From NCBI GenBank assembly GCA_963422735.1, contig OY730476.1, positions 2,048,001-2,112,000 of the forward strand: a DNA stretch of 64,000 nucleotides, written 5' to 3'. The notes below the pieces were generated by a model. It was not told the origin of the DNA. It saw nothing but the letters and a program-made list of their open reading frames with translations, and did not search any database. Numbering within the stretch: position 1 is the stretch's first letter; every line of letters starts with the position of its first letter. The position numbers were made by a program, and so were the translations under genes. Of the stretch, positions 48,498 through 58,533 are shown piece by piece. Source of the DNA: Candidatus Latescibacterota bacterium. GTDB lineage: Bacteria; Latescibacterota; UBA2968; UBA8231.

Positions 48498-49367
48498 ATG
48501 TTCGACATTGGCATCTTCGCCCCCTTTGGGACCAACCACGATCGCAACATCGCCTATTGCCGCGACGCCGGTGCCACCCACATCGTCTTGAGCACCGGCC
48601 AAATCTCTTCAGACGACGCGCCCGCGGCCGACGCACTCAAGGCACTAACTGACCAATACAATACTGCCGAAGTTGTACTGGCCGGGCTGACCCCGCCTCG
48701 CCTCAGCCTCGACGCCTGCGTTGACAATGCGGCCCGTACGCGTGAAGTGGGGTACATGCGCCGCCTGATCGAAAACATGGGGTACGCCCAGATACCTTTC
48801 GTGCATTTCTATCTCAGTGCCGACGCGGCCCCCACTGACCCGGACCAGCGGCAGAAGCACTGGCAGGGCTTGGTGGAGATCTTTCAAGAGCTAGGCCAAA
48901 TCGGCAAAGATGCCGGCGTGCGGATTTCCACCCACACGTTTCACGTGTCCGACCGCCTGATCTGGAACAGAGAAACCTTTGCGAACCTAATGGCCGCAAC
49001 CGACTCGCCGGCCCACGGCCTGACCTTTTGCCAAGGCAAGTCGCAAATGGCCGGCGACAGCCTGCCCGACACCATCCGTCACTTCGGCGAAAAGGTTTTT
49101 ATGGTCCACGTGCGCGACATCGCCACCAAGCCCGAGGGGCCAACTACCCCGGAAATCGAGCGACGGCTGGCGGACTTAGGCTACCTCGAAGTGCCCTTCG
49201 GCCAAGGGGAAGTCGATATGGTCGGCACCATCCGCGCCCTCAAAGAGATCGACTACAAGGGCCAGATTTATCCCGAGCACTTCCCGGCCATCGCCGGCGA
49301 CCACACCGCCGGGCTAGCTTGGACTATTGGCTACATCCGCGCCTTAGACCAAGCGATGGTCCTCTGA
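48498..49367 (+). CDS. Xylose-isomerase-like TIM barrel protein (mannonate dehydratase-like)
   Basis: GAGGAGG RBS; GLTFCQG, VHVRD, E..FG.G.VDM, PEH.P and A..IGY..AL. Confidence 0.8.
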   Translation: MFDIGIFAPFGTNHDRNIAYCRDAGATHIVLSTGQISSDDAPAADALKALTDQYNTAEVVLAGLTPPRLSLDACVDNAARTREVGYMRRLIENMGYAQIPFVHFYLSADAAPTDPDQRQKHWQGLVEIFQELGQIGKDAGVRISTHTFHVSDRLIWNRETFANLMAATDSPAHGLTFCQGKSQMAGDSLPDTIRHFGEKVFMVHVRDIATKPEGPTTPEIERRLADLGYLEVPFGQGEVDMVGTIRALKEIDYKGQIYPEHFPAIAGDHTAGLAWTIGYIRALDQAMVL

Positions 49368-49617
49368 GGGTGCCTCGGCCTCTGCGCCTCTTTCCAAAAT
49401 CTCCCGCAGAGTCTTTTCGCGCTGGCGGATCTCGGCCTTAAGCCCTTCTATCCGCAGCTTGAAGTCGCCCAGATCGCCGGCGAAGCCCACCACCTCGCCC
49501 GCGCGCACTCGTTACTTTTGCGGCCCTCCCGGAACGGCTGGGGAGCTCGTGCTAAATACTGTGAATCGGTCGCAGCGTTTCTTACGAGCCATATCCCCAT
49601 AGAAAGGATCAATACGA

Positions 49618-50234
49618 ATGAGTACGCGAGTCTTGCTGGTGGACAATCACGAAATTATGCGCCAAGGGGTGCGCTCGCTGTTGGAGAAAGAAAGTGCTGT
49701 TGAGGTGATCGCCGAGGCCGGGGACGGCCGCACAGCCGTCACCTTGGTTTCCAAGCACCTACCCCATATTTATATTGTGGTAATGGAGACGGACCTACCC
49801 AACTTGAATGGCGTTGAGGCGACGCGGCAGATACGGGATAAGGAGCCGAGCGTGAAGGTGGTGGCGCTGTCGGCACGTGCGGACAAATGCTTTGTGGCCG
49901 CCATGTTTCAGGCCGGTGCTTCGGCCTATGTACTGAAAAAGGAGGCTGTTTGCGAACTGGTGGAAGCACTCCGGGAGGTACGATCCGGCCGCAAGTATGT
50001 GTGCCCGAAATTGATCGACCCCCTCATCGCCGATTACGCGCAATACCTCGCCGATGGTGGTAAGCCGCCCCTCCTGACACCCCGCGAGCGAGAGGTGCTA
50101 CAGCTTATCGCCGAGGGAGAAAGGCCCCGCGAATAGCCGATCAGCTCACGGTAAGCGAGAAAACCGTGGGTAACCATCGCCAGAATCTCATGAAGAAGCT
50201 CAGATTGCGGTTTGGATCTCGCGAGTATCTGTAA
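49618..50234 (+). pseudogene. NarL/LuxR family response regulator, frameshifted and 3'-truncated
   Basis: REC domain, then LTPREREVLQLIAEG with a frameshift near 50125. The HTH continues in another frame (IADQLTVSEKTVGNHRQNLMKKL) and homology stops at about 50203. Acidic pocket residues are also altered (VDNH, VMET). Confidence 0.85.
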
Positions 50235-50254
50235 CGTTGAGAAAGAATCGGTTT

Positions 50255-51505
50255 ATGATCTCCAGTACTTTCACCTTAAATAACGCCTTACTGTTCTTCA
50301 AGATCATACTCGTTGTGTGGGTGACAGGCTATGGCGAGGTCAAGTCTGTTGCGGCGCAAGAGCAGCTAGACGAGTCGAGCATTCCCCAAGTGCCTGTAGA
50401 ATATGCCGGAGAGATGGGCCTTGAACTCAAGCGCACAGTCGAATTAGTCTTTGATGAGGCAGCTCCGGGCATTGGTCGGATAGGCTGGATGGGCATTACC
50501 CCTGATAGTTCCTTGCTCCTTACCGATCGAATCTCTCGCAGGGCGCACGAGTTCAGCCTGAATGATGGCCGGTATATTAGATCTTTCGGACGCACGGGGA
50601 AGGGGCCTGGGGAGTACGGGGGTGCTGAGGTGATGGCCATGGATTCCAAAGGGGATGTCTATATCATGGATCCTATATACGGCCAATTGTTGCATTACAA
50701 TCGACAAGGTCAGTATCTTGACGAGAAGATGAGCTGGATCGGATGTAGCGGCTTGTTGATTGACCGAGATGATGCACTGATCGTTATGGAGAGTAAACAT
50801 GGTGGATCTATTATGCAGATACAGAATATTACTGGCCTCAATAGGGCAGTAGAACACACCATACCTCTTTCTAGCAAGGCAGATCAGATCATTTCATGCC
50901 GTCTGCGTAACCCGGCTCAATTATGCTATAATCCTACGCAAAATCGTCTGTATTACTTGGAGGCCAATGACTACATGGTGAAAGAGATTGATGCCTCCAC
51001 CGGTGATATCCTGCGGCAATTCGGGGCTCTTGTGCCTAGTTATAACGTCTTCACCCTTGAGAAGCAGGAGCCACCAGATTTCAAATTCTTACCGAGGGAG
51101 TATCACGGCCTAGATTGTGGAGCAATAGGTCGGGACGATTTCTTCCCAATAATGAGAGGGATAAATCGAGCGACTAGCATGGTCCTGATAGAGGATCGTT
51201 ACCTGTTAATCTCACACAATTCTCCTGAGAGATCATGGTCACCAAATGAATGGACGCTTTATGATTTGCTGCCTTCGGCTTCGTCGGAATTGATTGAGGC
51301 ATATTCGCTCAACGGTGCTGCCTATCAATCTCTTGATGGTATCAAAAAAAAAGATTCGCAGAGAACTGTAGTTGAAGCAAGCAGGATAGACGGAAGAATA
51401 ACATCTTGGGAGAGCCAAATTTATGTTTATAAGCCGCCATCGATAGAAGCGGCGGCTGAATCTAATGGCACAGTGGATATATATGCGCTGTCCGTTAAAA
51501 GGTAA
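50255..51505 (+). CDS. Secreted 6-bladed beta-propeller/NHL-repeat-like protein
   Basis: Hydrophobic N-terminus; G.YIRSFGR.GKGPGEY, DSKGDVYIMD and ..G.YL; visibly AT-richer codon usage. Alternative TTG start at 50237. Confidence 0.75.
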   Translation: MISSTFTLNNALLFFKIILVVWVTGYGEVKSVAAQEQLDESSIPQVPVEYAGEMGLELKRTVELVFDEAAPGIGRIGWMGITPDSSLLLTDRISRRAHEFSLNDGRYIRSFGRTGKGPGEYGGAEVMAMDSKGDVYIMDPIYGQLLHYNRQGQYLDEKMSWIGCSGLLIDRDDALIVMESKHGGSIMQIQNITGLNRAVEHTIPLSSKADQIISCRLRNPAQLCYNPTQNRLYYLEANDYMVKEIDASTGDILRQFGALVPSYNVFTLEKQEPPDFKFLPREYHGLDCGAIGRDDFFPIMRGINRATSMVLIEDRYLLISHNSPERSWSPNEWTLYDLLPSASSELIEAYSLNGAAYQSLDGIKKKDSQRTVVEASRIDGRITSWESQIYVYKPPSIEAAAESNGTVDIYALSVKR

Positions 51506-51550
51506 ATTAACGTGAGTTCGGGTTAAGGGTTCTCTAACTGGAGTGTTTGA

Positions 51551-52090
51551 TCGATTTTCAGTGAAGAGGAAGAACGAGAGCTGGCTCTCATCGTGCTGCT
51601 CTCGGTCGTCTTAGTCTGGATGATCGCGGCGGCGCTCTTTGAGTCTTGGACTTGGCCACTAATGGTGTTGATCGCCCTGCCGTTAGCCCTAATCGGGGTG
51701 GGTGCCGGATTTTACTTGTCGGGCGTTTCTTTCAACCAAGGTGGGTATGCTTCGCTGCTGCTTTTGATGGGTATTTCCGTGAACAACTCCATCTTGCTGG
51801 TACACCATATTTCTAGAGCGTTACGAGCACAGCCGATGTCTGTGCAGGATGCGATCATCCGCGCCGCTTTCCAGCGGTTGCGCCCCATTTTCATTACCAC
51901 CCTGACGACGGTCGCCGGGTTTTTGCCGCTGTTGTTGCAAGGAGACCGGGGCGACATCTGGTACACCTTGGCCTTGGGCACCTCGGGGGGGCTGATATCC
52001 TCGTCGGTGCTGGTCGTGCTGGTCGTGCCGCTATGTCTGATCTGGCGAGGCTCAGCCCGCTCACTCGGGGCAAATGGCGATGCTGTGTAG
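51551..52090 (+). pseudogene. C-terminal fragment of an AcrB/RND efflux permease
   Basis: AALFESW..PL.VL..LPLA..G, GISVNNSILLV, RLRPIFITTLTTVAG.LPL and GGL..S. Only about 180 codons of a roughly 1000-aa family; in-frame stop at 51548-51550. Confidence 0.85.
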
Positions 52091-53170
52091 CGCTTCGCCA
52101 ATAAAATCGCGCCGCCACCCGCGCAGGAGGCGGTGATCCTCTGCCGTGGCAGCGACCGCGTCTATGACTAGGTTGCGCACTTCGGCGCGGGCCGCGACAA
52201 AGGGCGCGTCGATCCGCGCGGCGTCGCTTTGCCAGCGCAAGTAATTCATGGATTGGGCGAGTTTGCGTTCGACGACCTCCTTGTCGAGGTGCGGTCGGCG
52301 CGGTCGGGGTGGGCACTCCTCGTTGGGGACGGCCAAGCCGCGGCGAATCTGTTCGAGGATGCAGCGATCGTAGCGGTGCTTGCCGAGCACGCGGAGCCGG
52401 CCCAGTTCCTCCAGTGACTGGGGCTTGCGCCGGGCTAGGAGCACGAGGGTTTCGTCCGTCAGTACGCGATTGCGCGGCTGGTCGCGTCGCTGGGCTTCCT
52501 CTTCGCGCCAAGCGGCCAACTCGCGGAGGATGGCCAACTCGCGCGAGGAAGCGCGGCCCATGCCCTTGACCCGCGTGAATTGCTCGCGTGGGTCTCGCTC
52601 CTCGTATAGCCGCGGGTCGTCGTACGCGGCCATCTCCTCTACCAGCCAGGTGCTGCGACCAATTTCCTCGACGCGCGCCCGCAACACATCGCGCACTTCG
52701 TGCAGATAGCGCACGTCTTCAATAGCGTAAGCTAGCTGACTCTCGGAGAGCGGGCGGCGGACCCAGTTGGTGAGCGTCTCGGTCTTGTCGAGGACCGCGC
52801 CGAGGGTTTGCTCTAAGAGATCGGCCAGCGAGGTGGTAGAGCTCATATTGGCAAGCCCGGCCGCGCAGCGGGTGTCGAAGACGTTGCGCGGAGAAGCACC
52901 CGTGACCCGGCGCAGAATAGCCAAATCTTGTTGGGCGTCGTGGAGAATCAGTTCGACCGCCGCGTGCTCTAACAGAGCACCAAGGGGCGAGAGATCCGCA
53001 ATCGCCACCGGGTCAATCAGGTGGCAATCGTCGCTGGCGAGGGCCAATTGGATGACGCCTAATTGGGGATAATAGGTGCGGTTCCAAACAAATTCAGTGT
53101 CTAGGGCAACGCGCTCGCAGTCTAAGGCGCGCTCGACGAGTTCGGCAAGTGCCTGTGCGGTATGGATCAT
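52061..53170 (-). CDS. rnd: Ribonuclease D
   Basis: ALDTEF...TYYPQL..IQL, H...QDL, FDT, NW..RPL...QL.YA..DV, plus an HRDC domain (WRE..A...D.P). Confidence 0.93.
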   Translation of the reverse strand: MIHTAQALAELVERALDCERVALDTEFVWNRTYYPQLGVIQLALASDDCHLIDPVAIADLSPLGALLEHAAVELILHDAQQDLAILRRVTGASPRNVFDTRCAAGLANMSSTTSLADLLEQTLGAVLDKTETLTNWVRRPLSESQLAYAIEDVRYLHEVRDVLRARVEEIGRSTWLVEEMAAYDDPRLYEERDPREQFTRVKGMGRASSRELAILRELAAWREEEAQRRDQPRNRVLTDETLVLLARRKPQSLEELGRLRVLGKHRYDRCILEQIRRGLAVPNEECPPRPRRPHLDKEVVERKLAQSMNYLRWQSDAARIDAPFVAARAEVRNLVIDAVAATAEDHRLLRGWRRDFIGEALHSIAICPE

Positions 53171-53241
53171 GCGTCTGAGGGCATCTTAAGAAGTGGGAAT
53201 TAAAGCAAAAATTAGCAACATAAGATGATAAGACGAGGGCT

Positions 53242-54543
53242 TTAAGATGACAAGATCCAGAAACGGCGCACGGGGGTTTGTTCCCGGTAGCCGGCCAGCC
53301 GAGTGCTGAGGAGCCAAGCCGCGGCAAATGCGAGCTGGACCGCACACAAATAAAAGAGCGGTCCCCGAGGACCTGCCAGCGCAGCAGACCATTGGAAACA
53401 GGCCCCACCCGCGATGCCGCCGACAAAACCGCCTAGTGCCGAGGCATATATTGCAAGGGAGAATCCCTCTGCTTGGTACTCTTTGGAAACAGTGTCGAGC
53501 ATTGCCCGCGACTGCCCCATCTGGTGGCCGCCGTCCAGCGCACCCCAGAGCAGATAGACGACCCCCGCCCAAAGTGCGATCCACGGGAGTCCCGTAGGCA
53601 GGAAGAGCCAAGTGGGGGCCATGGCCGCTTGCAGTAGCAGGGTGATAGTCAGCGCGCCCCGACTGCCGTGCCGATCTACCATCCGACCCCAGCCATGCAG
53701 TCCGACCACATAGCCGAGGGCTTGTACTGGCGTCATCCAGACGAAGTAACTAACGGGCAGCCCCCAATCTGTCAGCGCCACGACCCATAGCGGAAAGGTC
53801 GCAGCTAGCACAGCAGTGCGGGCCATAACAAAGAGCGTATATGCGCGCATCTGGGGTGCGGCTAGCGCTTGGCGCAAGCGGTGGAATAGACCCTCTCCGG
53901 GCGGAGACAGGGATCGCTCAGCTACTCCGCGCACCAATAAGGCCCCGCCGCAAGTGGAAAAAACCGCTAGAGCAAAGAGGGGGCCGAAGTCGCCTGCCAT
54001 GGGCTGAGAGCCGAGGTACCAGCCTATCAGGATGGGCAAGACGAGTTCGAGAAGGCGCTGATGAAGGCGCATACGCGTGAGAAAGGCACCGACTCCACCG
54101 CTAGAGGTATTGTCTTGGACTAGGGGCCACCAAGCGGTGTTGCCCGCTTGTTGTATGAGACCGCGCACGCTAAACAGGGCTAGCCCGATCCAAGCGGCCC
54201 AAGCCCCATCCGCGCCGTAGAACGCCAACAGCGCCAGCGCCAGCCCAGCCGGTAATGAGCAGAGTCTCCCCCAAAAGAAAAGCCCAGCCTTCCCAGTGCG
54301 ATGCATTAGCTGCAACCCGAAGACGCGTCCCATCTTCTGGAGGTACTCGCTGGTGGCGACTAGGCCGATGAGAAAAGGCGAAGCATTGAGAGAGAGTAGA
54401 AAGAGAGGGACGAGAGAAGTGAGAAGGGCGTTGTTGATCGAGCCGCTAACGGCGCTGCCGATCAGCCGCGACTGGCTGCGGCGACTAGCTGCTGGAGAAA
54501 GTCTGTGATCGGGATTTGCTATGTCGCTTGGGGTGTCGGTCAT
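53242..54543 (-). CDS. MFS transporter
   Basis: About 12 hydrophobic segments; WGRMVDRHGSR motif. Confidence 0.75.
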   Translation of the reverse strand: MTDTPSDIANPDHRLSPAASRRSQSRLIGSAVSGSINNALLTSLVPLFLLSLNASPFLIGLVATSEYLQKMGRVFGLQLMHRTGKAGLFFWGRLCSLPAGLALALLAFYGADGAWAAWIGLALFSVRGLIQQAGNTAWWPLVQDNTSSGGVGAFLTRMRLHQRLLELVLPILIGWYLGSQPMAGDFGPLFALAVFSTCGGALLVRGVAERSLSPPGEGLFHRLRQALAAPQMRAYTLFVMARTAVLAATFPLWVVALTDWGLPVSYFVWMTPVQALGYVVGLHGWGRMVDRHGSRGALTITLLLQAAMAPTWLFLPTGLPWIALWAGVVYLLWGALDGGHQMGQSRAMLDTVSKEYQAEGFSLAIYASALGGFVGGIAGGACFQWSAALAGPRGPLFYLCAVQLAFAAAWLLSTRLAGYREQTPVRRFWILSS

Positions 54544-54643
54544 AAAAAAAGAAAAGACCGACAGCACATCTGGGCAAATGAGCCAATGCGCTACAGGCGG
54601 CTTCTCTTATCGCACGTGCATCAGCGCACTGAACGGGTGCTGC

Positions 54644-55907
54644 TCAACACCACTTGTGCGGCCTAAACGCAGCCTTTTCCCCGGGCGTCGGCGAGTGGTC
54701 GAAGGCGCCGCGTTGAATCACCGCAGCAGCTCCGCCCACCGCTTCAACTTTTGCCCGCTGGCTAGCATGGGCCTGCTCGTCAATCGCTTCCGGGTCGAGC
54801 AAGGTGTGCAATTCTCTTTCGCAATCGCGCAACAAGCCTTGGTGCTCTGGCATACCGGACAAGTCGTTTAGCTCGTCGGGATCTTCCGCCAAGTCAAAAA
54901 GCTGCGGCGTCGCGCCGACATAGTAATTGTACTTGTAGCGGTTGCGGCGCAGCATGTAGGTCCCGTGCTCGGTACCCAGCGCGTGATACTCGCTGAAGAC
55001 GGTGCGCTCGCGATTTTCCTCTTGTGCAATCTGCCACAGCGAGCGGCCGGGCAAGTCTTCATCGATCAATTCAGCCCCCACGCACTCGAGAGCGGTTGGA
55101 AAACAATCCACCAGCGAAACAGGCGTCTGCACCACCTTCCCCTCCGGCACGTCAGGCCCAGCCACGATCATCGGCACAGCCGCCGCCTCGTCGTAGAGCG
55201 TAAACTTGCCGAAGATGCCGCGGGCTCCAAGGCATTCGCCGTGATCGGAAGTATAAAGTACGCGAGTGGAACCTGTCAGGCCGAACTCGTCGAGCGCACC
55301 GAATACGCGGCCAATCTGCTGGTCGAGATAGGTCGTGGTTCCATAGTACGCGGCTGTGACGCGCTGCACCGTTTCTTCGCTGTGCCCTTGGTCGAAGCGG
55401 AAAGCGCAAGGCGTGTTCGGTGCAACGGGCGTCGTACTGCAAGTAGGTAGAGCCGCCTGCGCCCGCCCGCCCAAGCTCGTCGTGCTTGTCGCGCAAGGGC
55501 GGGCGATCGCGGATGCAGCCGAGTACATCGCCGACGCCATCGACTACGTGCAACGGCTCTATTTCCTTGCTAAATCCGTGGTCTGCGCCTTGTCCCTTGA
55601 AGTGCAACTTGCCGATTGAGTCGCAGCAGACCCCCTGTTCGCGCAAACATTGATGCCAGGAGACAGGCGTCCCGCCATAGGGATGCCCGTTGTCCCAGTA
55701 GCCGATCTGATGCACGTAGCGGCCGGTGGCCAGCGCTGCGCGAGCGGGGACGCAGATTGGGCAGTTGGTGTAGGCGTTCTGGAAGCGAGTGCCGCGTGCA
55801 GCTAAGGCGTCCAGATAGGGCGTCTGCACCAGCGGATGCCCGTAGCAGCCGCTGGCGAGCCGGTGGTGCTGGTCGGATAAAATGAACAGAAAATTGGGTG
55901 ACTTCAC
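54644..55907 (-). pseudogene. Choline-sulfatase-like sulfatase, frameshifted with an internal deletion near 55410
   Basis: N-half (NFLFILSDQH, CVPAR, GKLH) in ORF 55152-56003 and C-half (AYYG...YLD, SDHG, GK, FSEYH, FDL..DP.E) in ORF 54644-55540. The central PHPP segment is absent. Confidence 0.85.
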
Positions 55908-57388
55908 GGCGCACCCACGACTTTGTCTGCGCCGATCTGGGGCGGCGCGGGAGAGTGCAGCCCGCGTTGGCCAGAGAGGCTGCGGTTGGGACGGGGTGCC
56001 CATTGCTGGTCGGGCAAGCCGACGAGTTGGTCCTCTTTGACATAGGCTTCGTCGCCCCCGTAGAGTTCGCCGACGAGTCGCTTGCTGAGCTGGGCTTGTA
56101 TTGCGGCGTGGTCAGGTGATCCGGCTAGATCGTTCAACTCACAGGGATCGCTTTCGAGGTCGAAGAGCTGGACGCGGTTGCCCACTGGATAGTAGATCAG
56201 CTTGTGTCGCCCCGTACGGATCATGCGGGTGGCATTCGGCCCTTCGCCGCATTCGCCATACAGATAAGTGCGCCGTTCCTCGCCAACCATCGATAACCCT
56301 TCGACTGCATCTGGGATGTCGATGCTCGCTAGGTCGAGTACGGTCGGCATGACGTCCTGCCAGCCGACGAGACGGTCATCAACAGTATGGTGAGGCACTC
56401 GTTTGTCCCGGCCGCCGAGCAAGATCATCGGCACGTTGGCTGACGTTTCATAATAGAGCCGCTTAGCCCAGAGGCCGTGGTTGCCGAGCATATCGCCGTG
56501 GTCTGCCGTGAAGCAAATAATGGTATGATCGAGCAACCCCTCCTCGCGCAGGGTGCCTATGACCACGCGAAGCTGGTGGTCAATATGGGTGCAGAGCGCG
56601 TAGAAGGCGCAGCGAATTCGCAGAATTTCCGTCCCCTTGAGGTGGGCGTTGGCACCCTGAATGACTTTGAGCGCATAGGGCAGATCATCGAAATCGCGTG
56701 CCCAAGCACCGTGGTAAGGCGCGTCAATCTCAATATCGCGGTAGATGTCGAGATAGCTCTGCAAGGGTACCAGCGGCGGGTGCGGGTGGCGAAAGGAAAG
56801 ATACCAAAAGCCGGGCTTGGCAGGGTTACGCCGCTTAAGCATCCGGCTCATCTGGTGCGCCGCCCAGCAGGTGGGGTGGCAGTCCTCGGGCAAGTGATAA
56901 GGGCGGAAGGAGTATTCGTTGTTGCTCATGCCGTGGGCGAAGCCTAAGCCCGGATGGCCTTTGTCCGCAAGGAAGAGATCGTAGTCGTCAACAGCCCCTA
57001 AGTGCGGTCGGCCCTCTTCGTCGAGAAGCACATCGTCGAAACCAATACGGTCGCGTTGGGGAAAGACATGGAGCTTGCCAACGGCGTACGCTTGGTAGCC
57101 CGAGTCGCGGAAGGTTTGCGCTATAGTCGGCAAGTCGGGCATGGGGGCGGTTGTTTTGAAGACCCGGTCGCCGTGGGTGCGCGGCGAAGTACCCGTCATC
57201 AGGGTGCGACGGGCGGGAATGCAGACCGGGCATTCGCTATAGGCGTTGACAAAGCGGGTACCGCTGCGGGCTAAAGAATCGAGAGTGGGGGTGAGGATGG
57301 CGGAATGGTTGGCTTCGCCCAAGAGGGAAGCGGGCCAATGGTCGGTAGTAATCAGGAGGACATGCGGTCTATCGTTTGCCATCGGCAT
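55904..57388 (-). CDS. Formylglycine-dependent sulfatase
   Basis: PHVLLITTDH, CIPAR..LMTG, GKLH, HPHPP, DHG, K and LFDL..DP.E..DL. Confidence 0.93.
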   Translation of the reverse strand: MPMANDRPHVLLITTDHWPASLLGEANHSAILTPTLDSLARSGTRFVNAYSECPVCIPARRTLMTGTSPRTHGDRVFKTTAPMPDLPTIAQTFRDSGYQAYAVGKLHVFPQRDRIGFDDVLLDEEGRPHLGAVDDYDLFLADKGHPGLGFAHGMSNNEYSFRPYHLPEDCHPTCWAAHQMSRMLKRRNPAKPGFWYLSFRHPHPPLVPLQSYLDIYRDIEIDAPYHGAWARDFDDLPYALKVIQGANAHLKGTEILRIRCAFYALCTHIDHQLRVVIGTLREEGLLDHTIICFTADHGDMLGNHGLWAKRLYYETSANVPMILLGGRDKRVPHHTVDDRLVGWQDVMPTVLDLASIDIPDAVEGLSMVGEERRTYLYGECGEGPNATRMIRTGRHKLIYYPVGNRVQLFDLESDPCELNDLAGSPDHAAIQAQLSKRLVGELYGGDEAYVKEDQLVGLPDQQWAPRPNRSLSGQRGLHSPAPPQIGADKVVGAP

Positions 57389-57515
57389 CTCTTATTTCTG
57401 CAGCAAAGACCCGACCTCTCAGATGCGCGGGCAGCGGGCCTAGCCTGCGGTTGATATCCACGCCTGCTTCTGCAGGACAGAGCGCGGTGAAGCCCGTAAA
57501 TCTGCGCCAGGAGGC

Positions 57516-58376
57516 TCAGGCCACCTCGTAGTCGCGCTCGGGTCGAGTCGGGTTGCCCCAGTGGCCGGCCGGATCGGCGGCGTTGATCAGCACGCCCTCT
57601 TTCTCCCAAGAGTAGCCGGGGATCGCACGCACATCGGGGGTGCAGTAGCGCAGAGTTAGCCCGCAGCGTCGGCGCTCCGATTCGTTGTAGTGCGAGCTGT
57701 GCAAAAGTAAGTCCGAGTGGATCGAGACTTCACCAGCCTTGAGCTCGACATCGACGATCTCGCCGTAGCGCTCCACATCGTCCACCGTCTGATTGAGGAC
57801 GTTATTTTCGGAGGCGTCGCTCGGGCGGAATTCGAGCTGGCCGTAGCGGTGCGAGCCGGAGACGAAGCGCATACAGCCATTGTCAATGTCGGCGTTGTCA
57901 ACAGCCAGCCAGACGGTCACTGTTTTTGAGGGAGTTAGCGGCCAGTAGCTGGCGTCTTGGTGCCAGGAGACGGTGGTGCTGTCCTTGGGCATCTTGCAGA
58001 AGTAGTGCGAGGCCAAGCCGACCAGTTCGGGGCCGAGGAGATCGTGGATGTAGGCGAGGATCCTAGGATGGTGCATGAGGTCATAGACCTTGGCGAACTT
58101 GAGATGTGCCGAGCTAAGGGTGAAGCTGCCATGGCCGGCGGCTAGGACCTTTCTTAGCTGCTCGTCGAAGAAGGCGCGATGCTCGGCGAGCTCGGCGTCG
58201 TCGAAAATTTGAATGCCCTTGAGGTAGCCGTCTCGGTTGAAAGCGGCGACCTGTTCGGTCGGGAGGGTGGTGGGGTCATCGACTGTGCTGGGGTAGAAGT
58301 GCAAGTCGCGGTCCATTTCGCGCAACTCGTCGTGAGTCGGCACAGCCTTGAAGGCGTAGTCAATCTGGTCTGTCAT
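57516..58376 (-). CDS. Phytanoyl-CoA dioxygenase (PhyH) family Fe(II)/2OG dioxygenase
   Basis: FCKMP, WHQD..YW, VWLA.D....NG.M, GSH, L.HSS..N.S..RR. Confidence 0.9.
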   Translation of the reverse strand: MTDQIDYAFKAVPTHDELREMDRDLHFYPSTVDDPTTLPTEQVAAFNRDGYLKGIQIFDDAELAEHRAFFDEQLRKVLAAGHGSFTLSSAHLKFAKVYDLMHHPRILAYIHDLLGPELVGLASHYFCKMPKDSTTVSWHQDASYWPLTPSKTVTVWLAVDNADIDNGCMRFVSGSHRYGQLEFRPSDASENNVLNQTVDDVERYGEIVDVELKAGEVSIHSDLLLHSSHYNESERRRCGLTLRYCTPDVRAIPGYSWEKEGVLINAADPAGHWGNPTRPERDYEVA

Positions 58377-58438
58377 GGCGTCATTCTCCCGGCATACGGT
58401 ATCAGAAATAAAACGCAATGTGCTCCTTGTCTCAAGGA

Positions 58439-58522
58439 TCAGCGGCCAGTAACCAGTCCCAACCCGCCTCCTTCGGAGCGGCGGTGGGGGGACTAACCAC
58501 TAATCGCTGACCACTGGCCACT
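58439..58522. repeat. Intergenic imperfect palindrome with a TTCG-loop hairpin and degenerate heptamer repeats
   Basis: TCAGCG..AGTCC..CCGCC-TCC-TTCG-GA..GGCGG..GGACT..CGCTGA followed by CCACTGG CCACT. Confidence 0.55.
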
Positions 58523-58533
58523 CGATTGCCTCT

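Noticed and set aside
49344-49508. Short minus-strand frame (VRAGEVVGFAGDLGDFKLRIEGLKAEIRQREKTL...)
   Set aside because: It looks protein-like but has no RBS or recognisable family; possibly a gene remnant, too weak to call.
48397-52090. tRNA-Glu-anchored genomic island or prophage
   Set aside because: No integrase, phage genes or duplicated tRNA 3' end were found by eye in the window.
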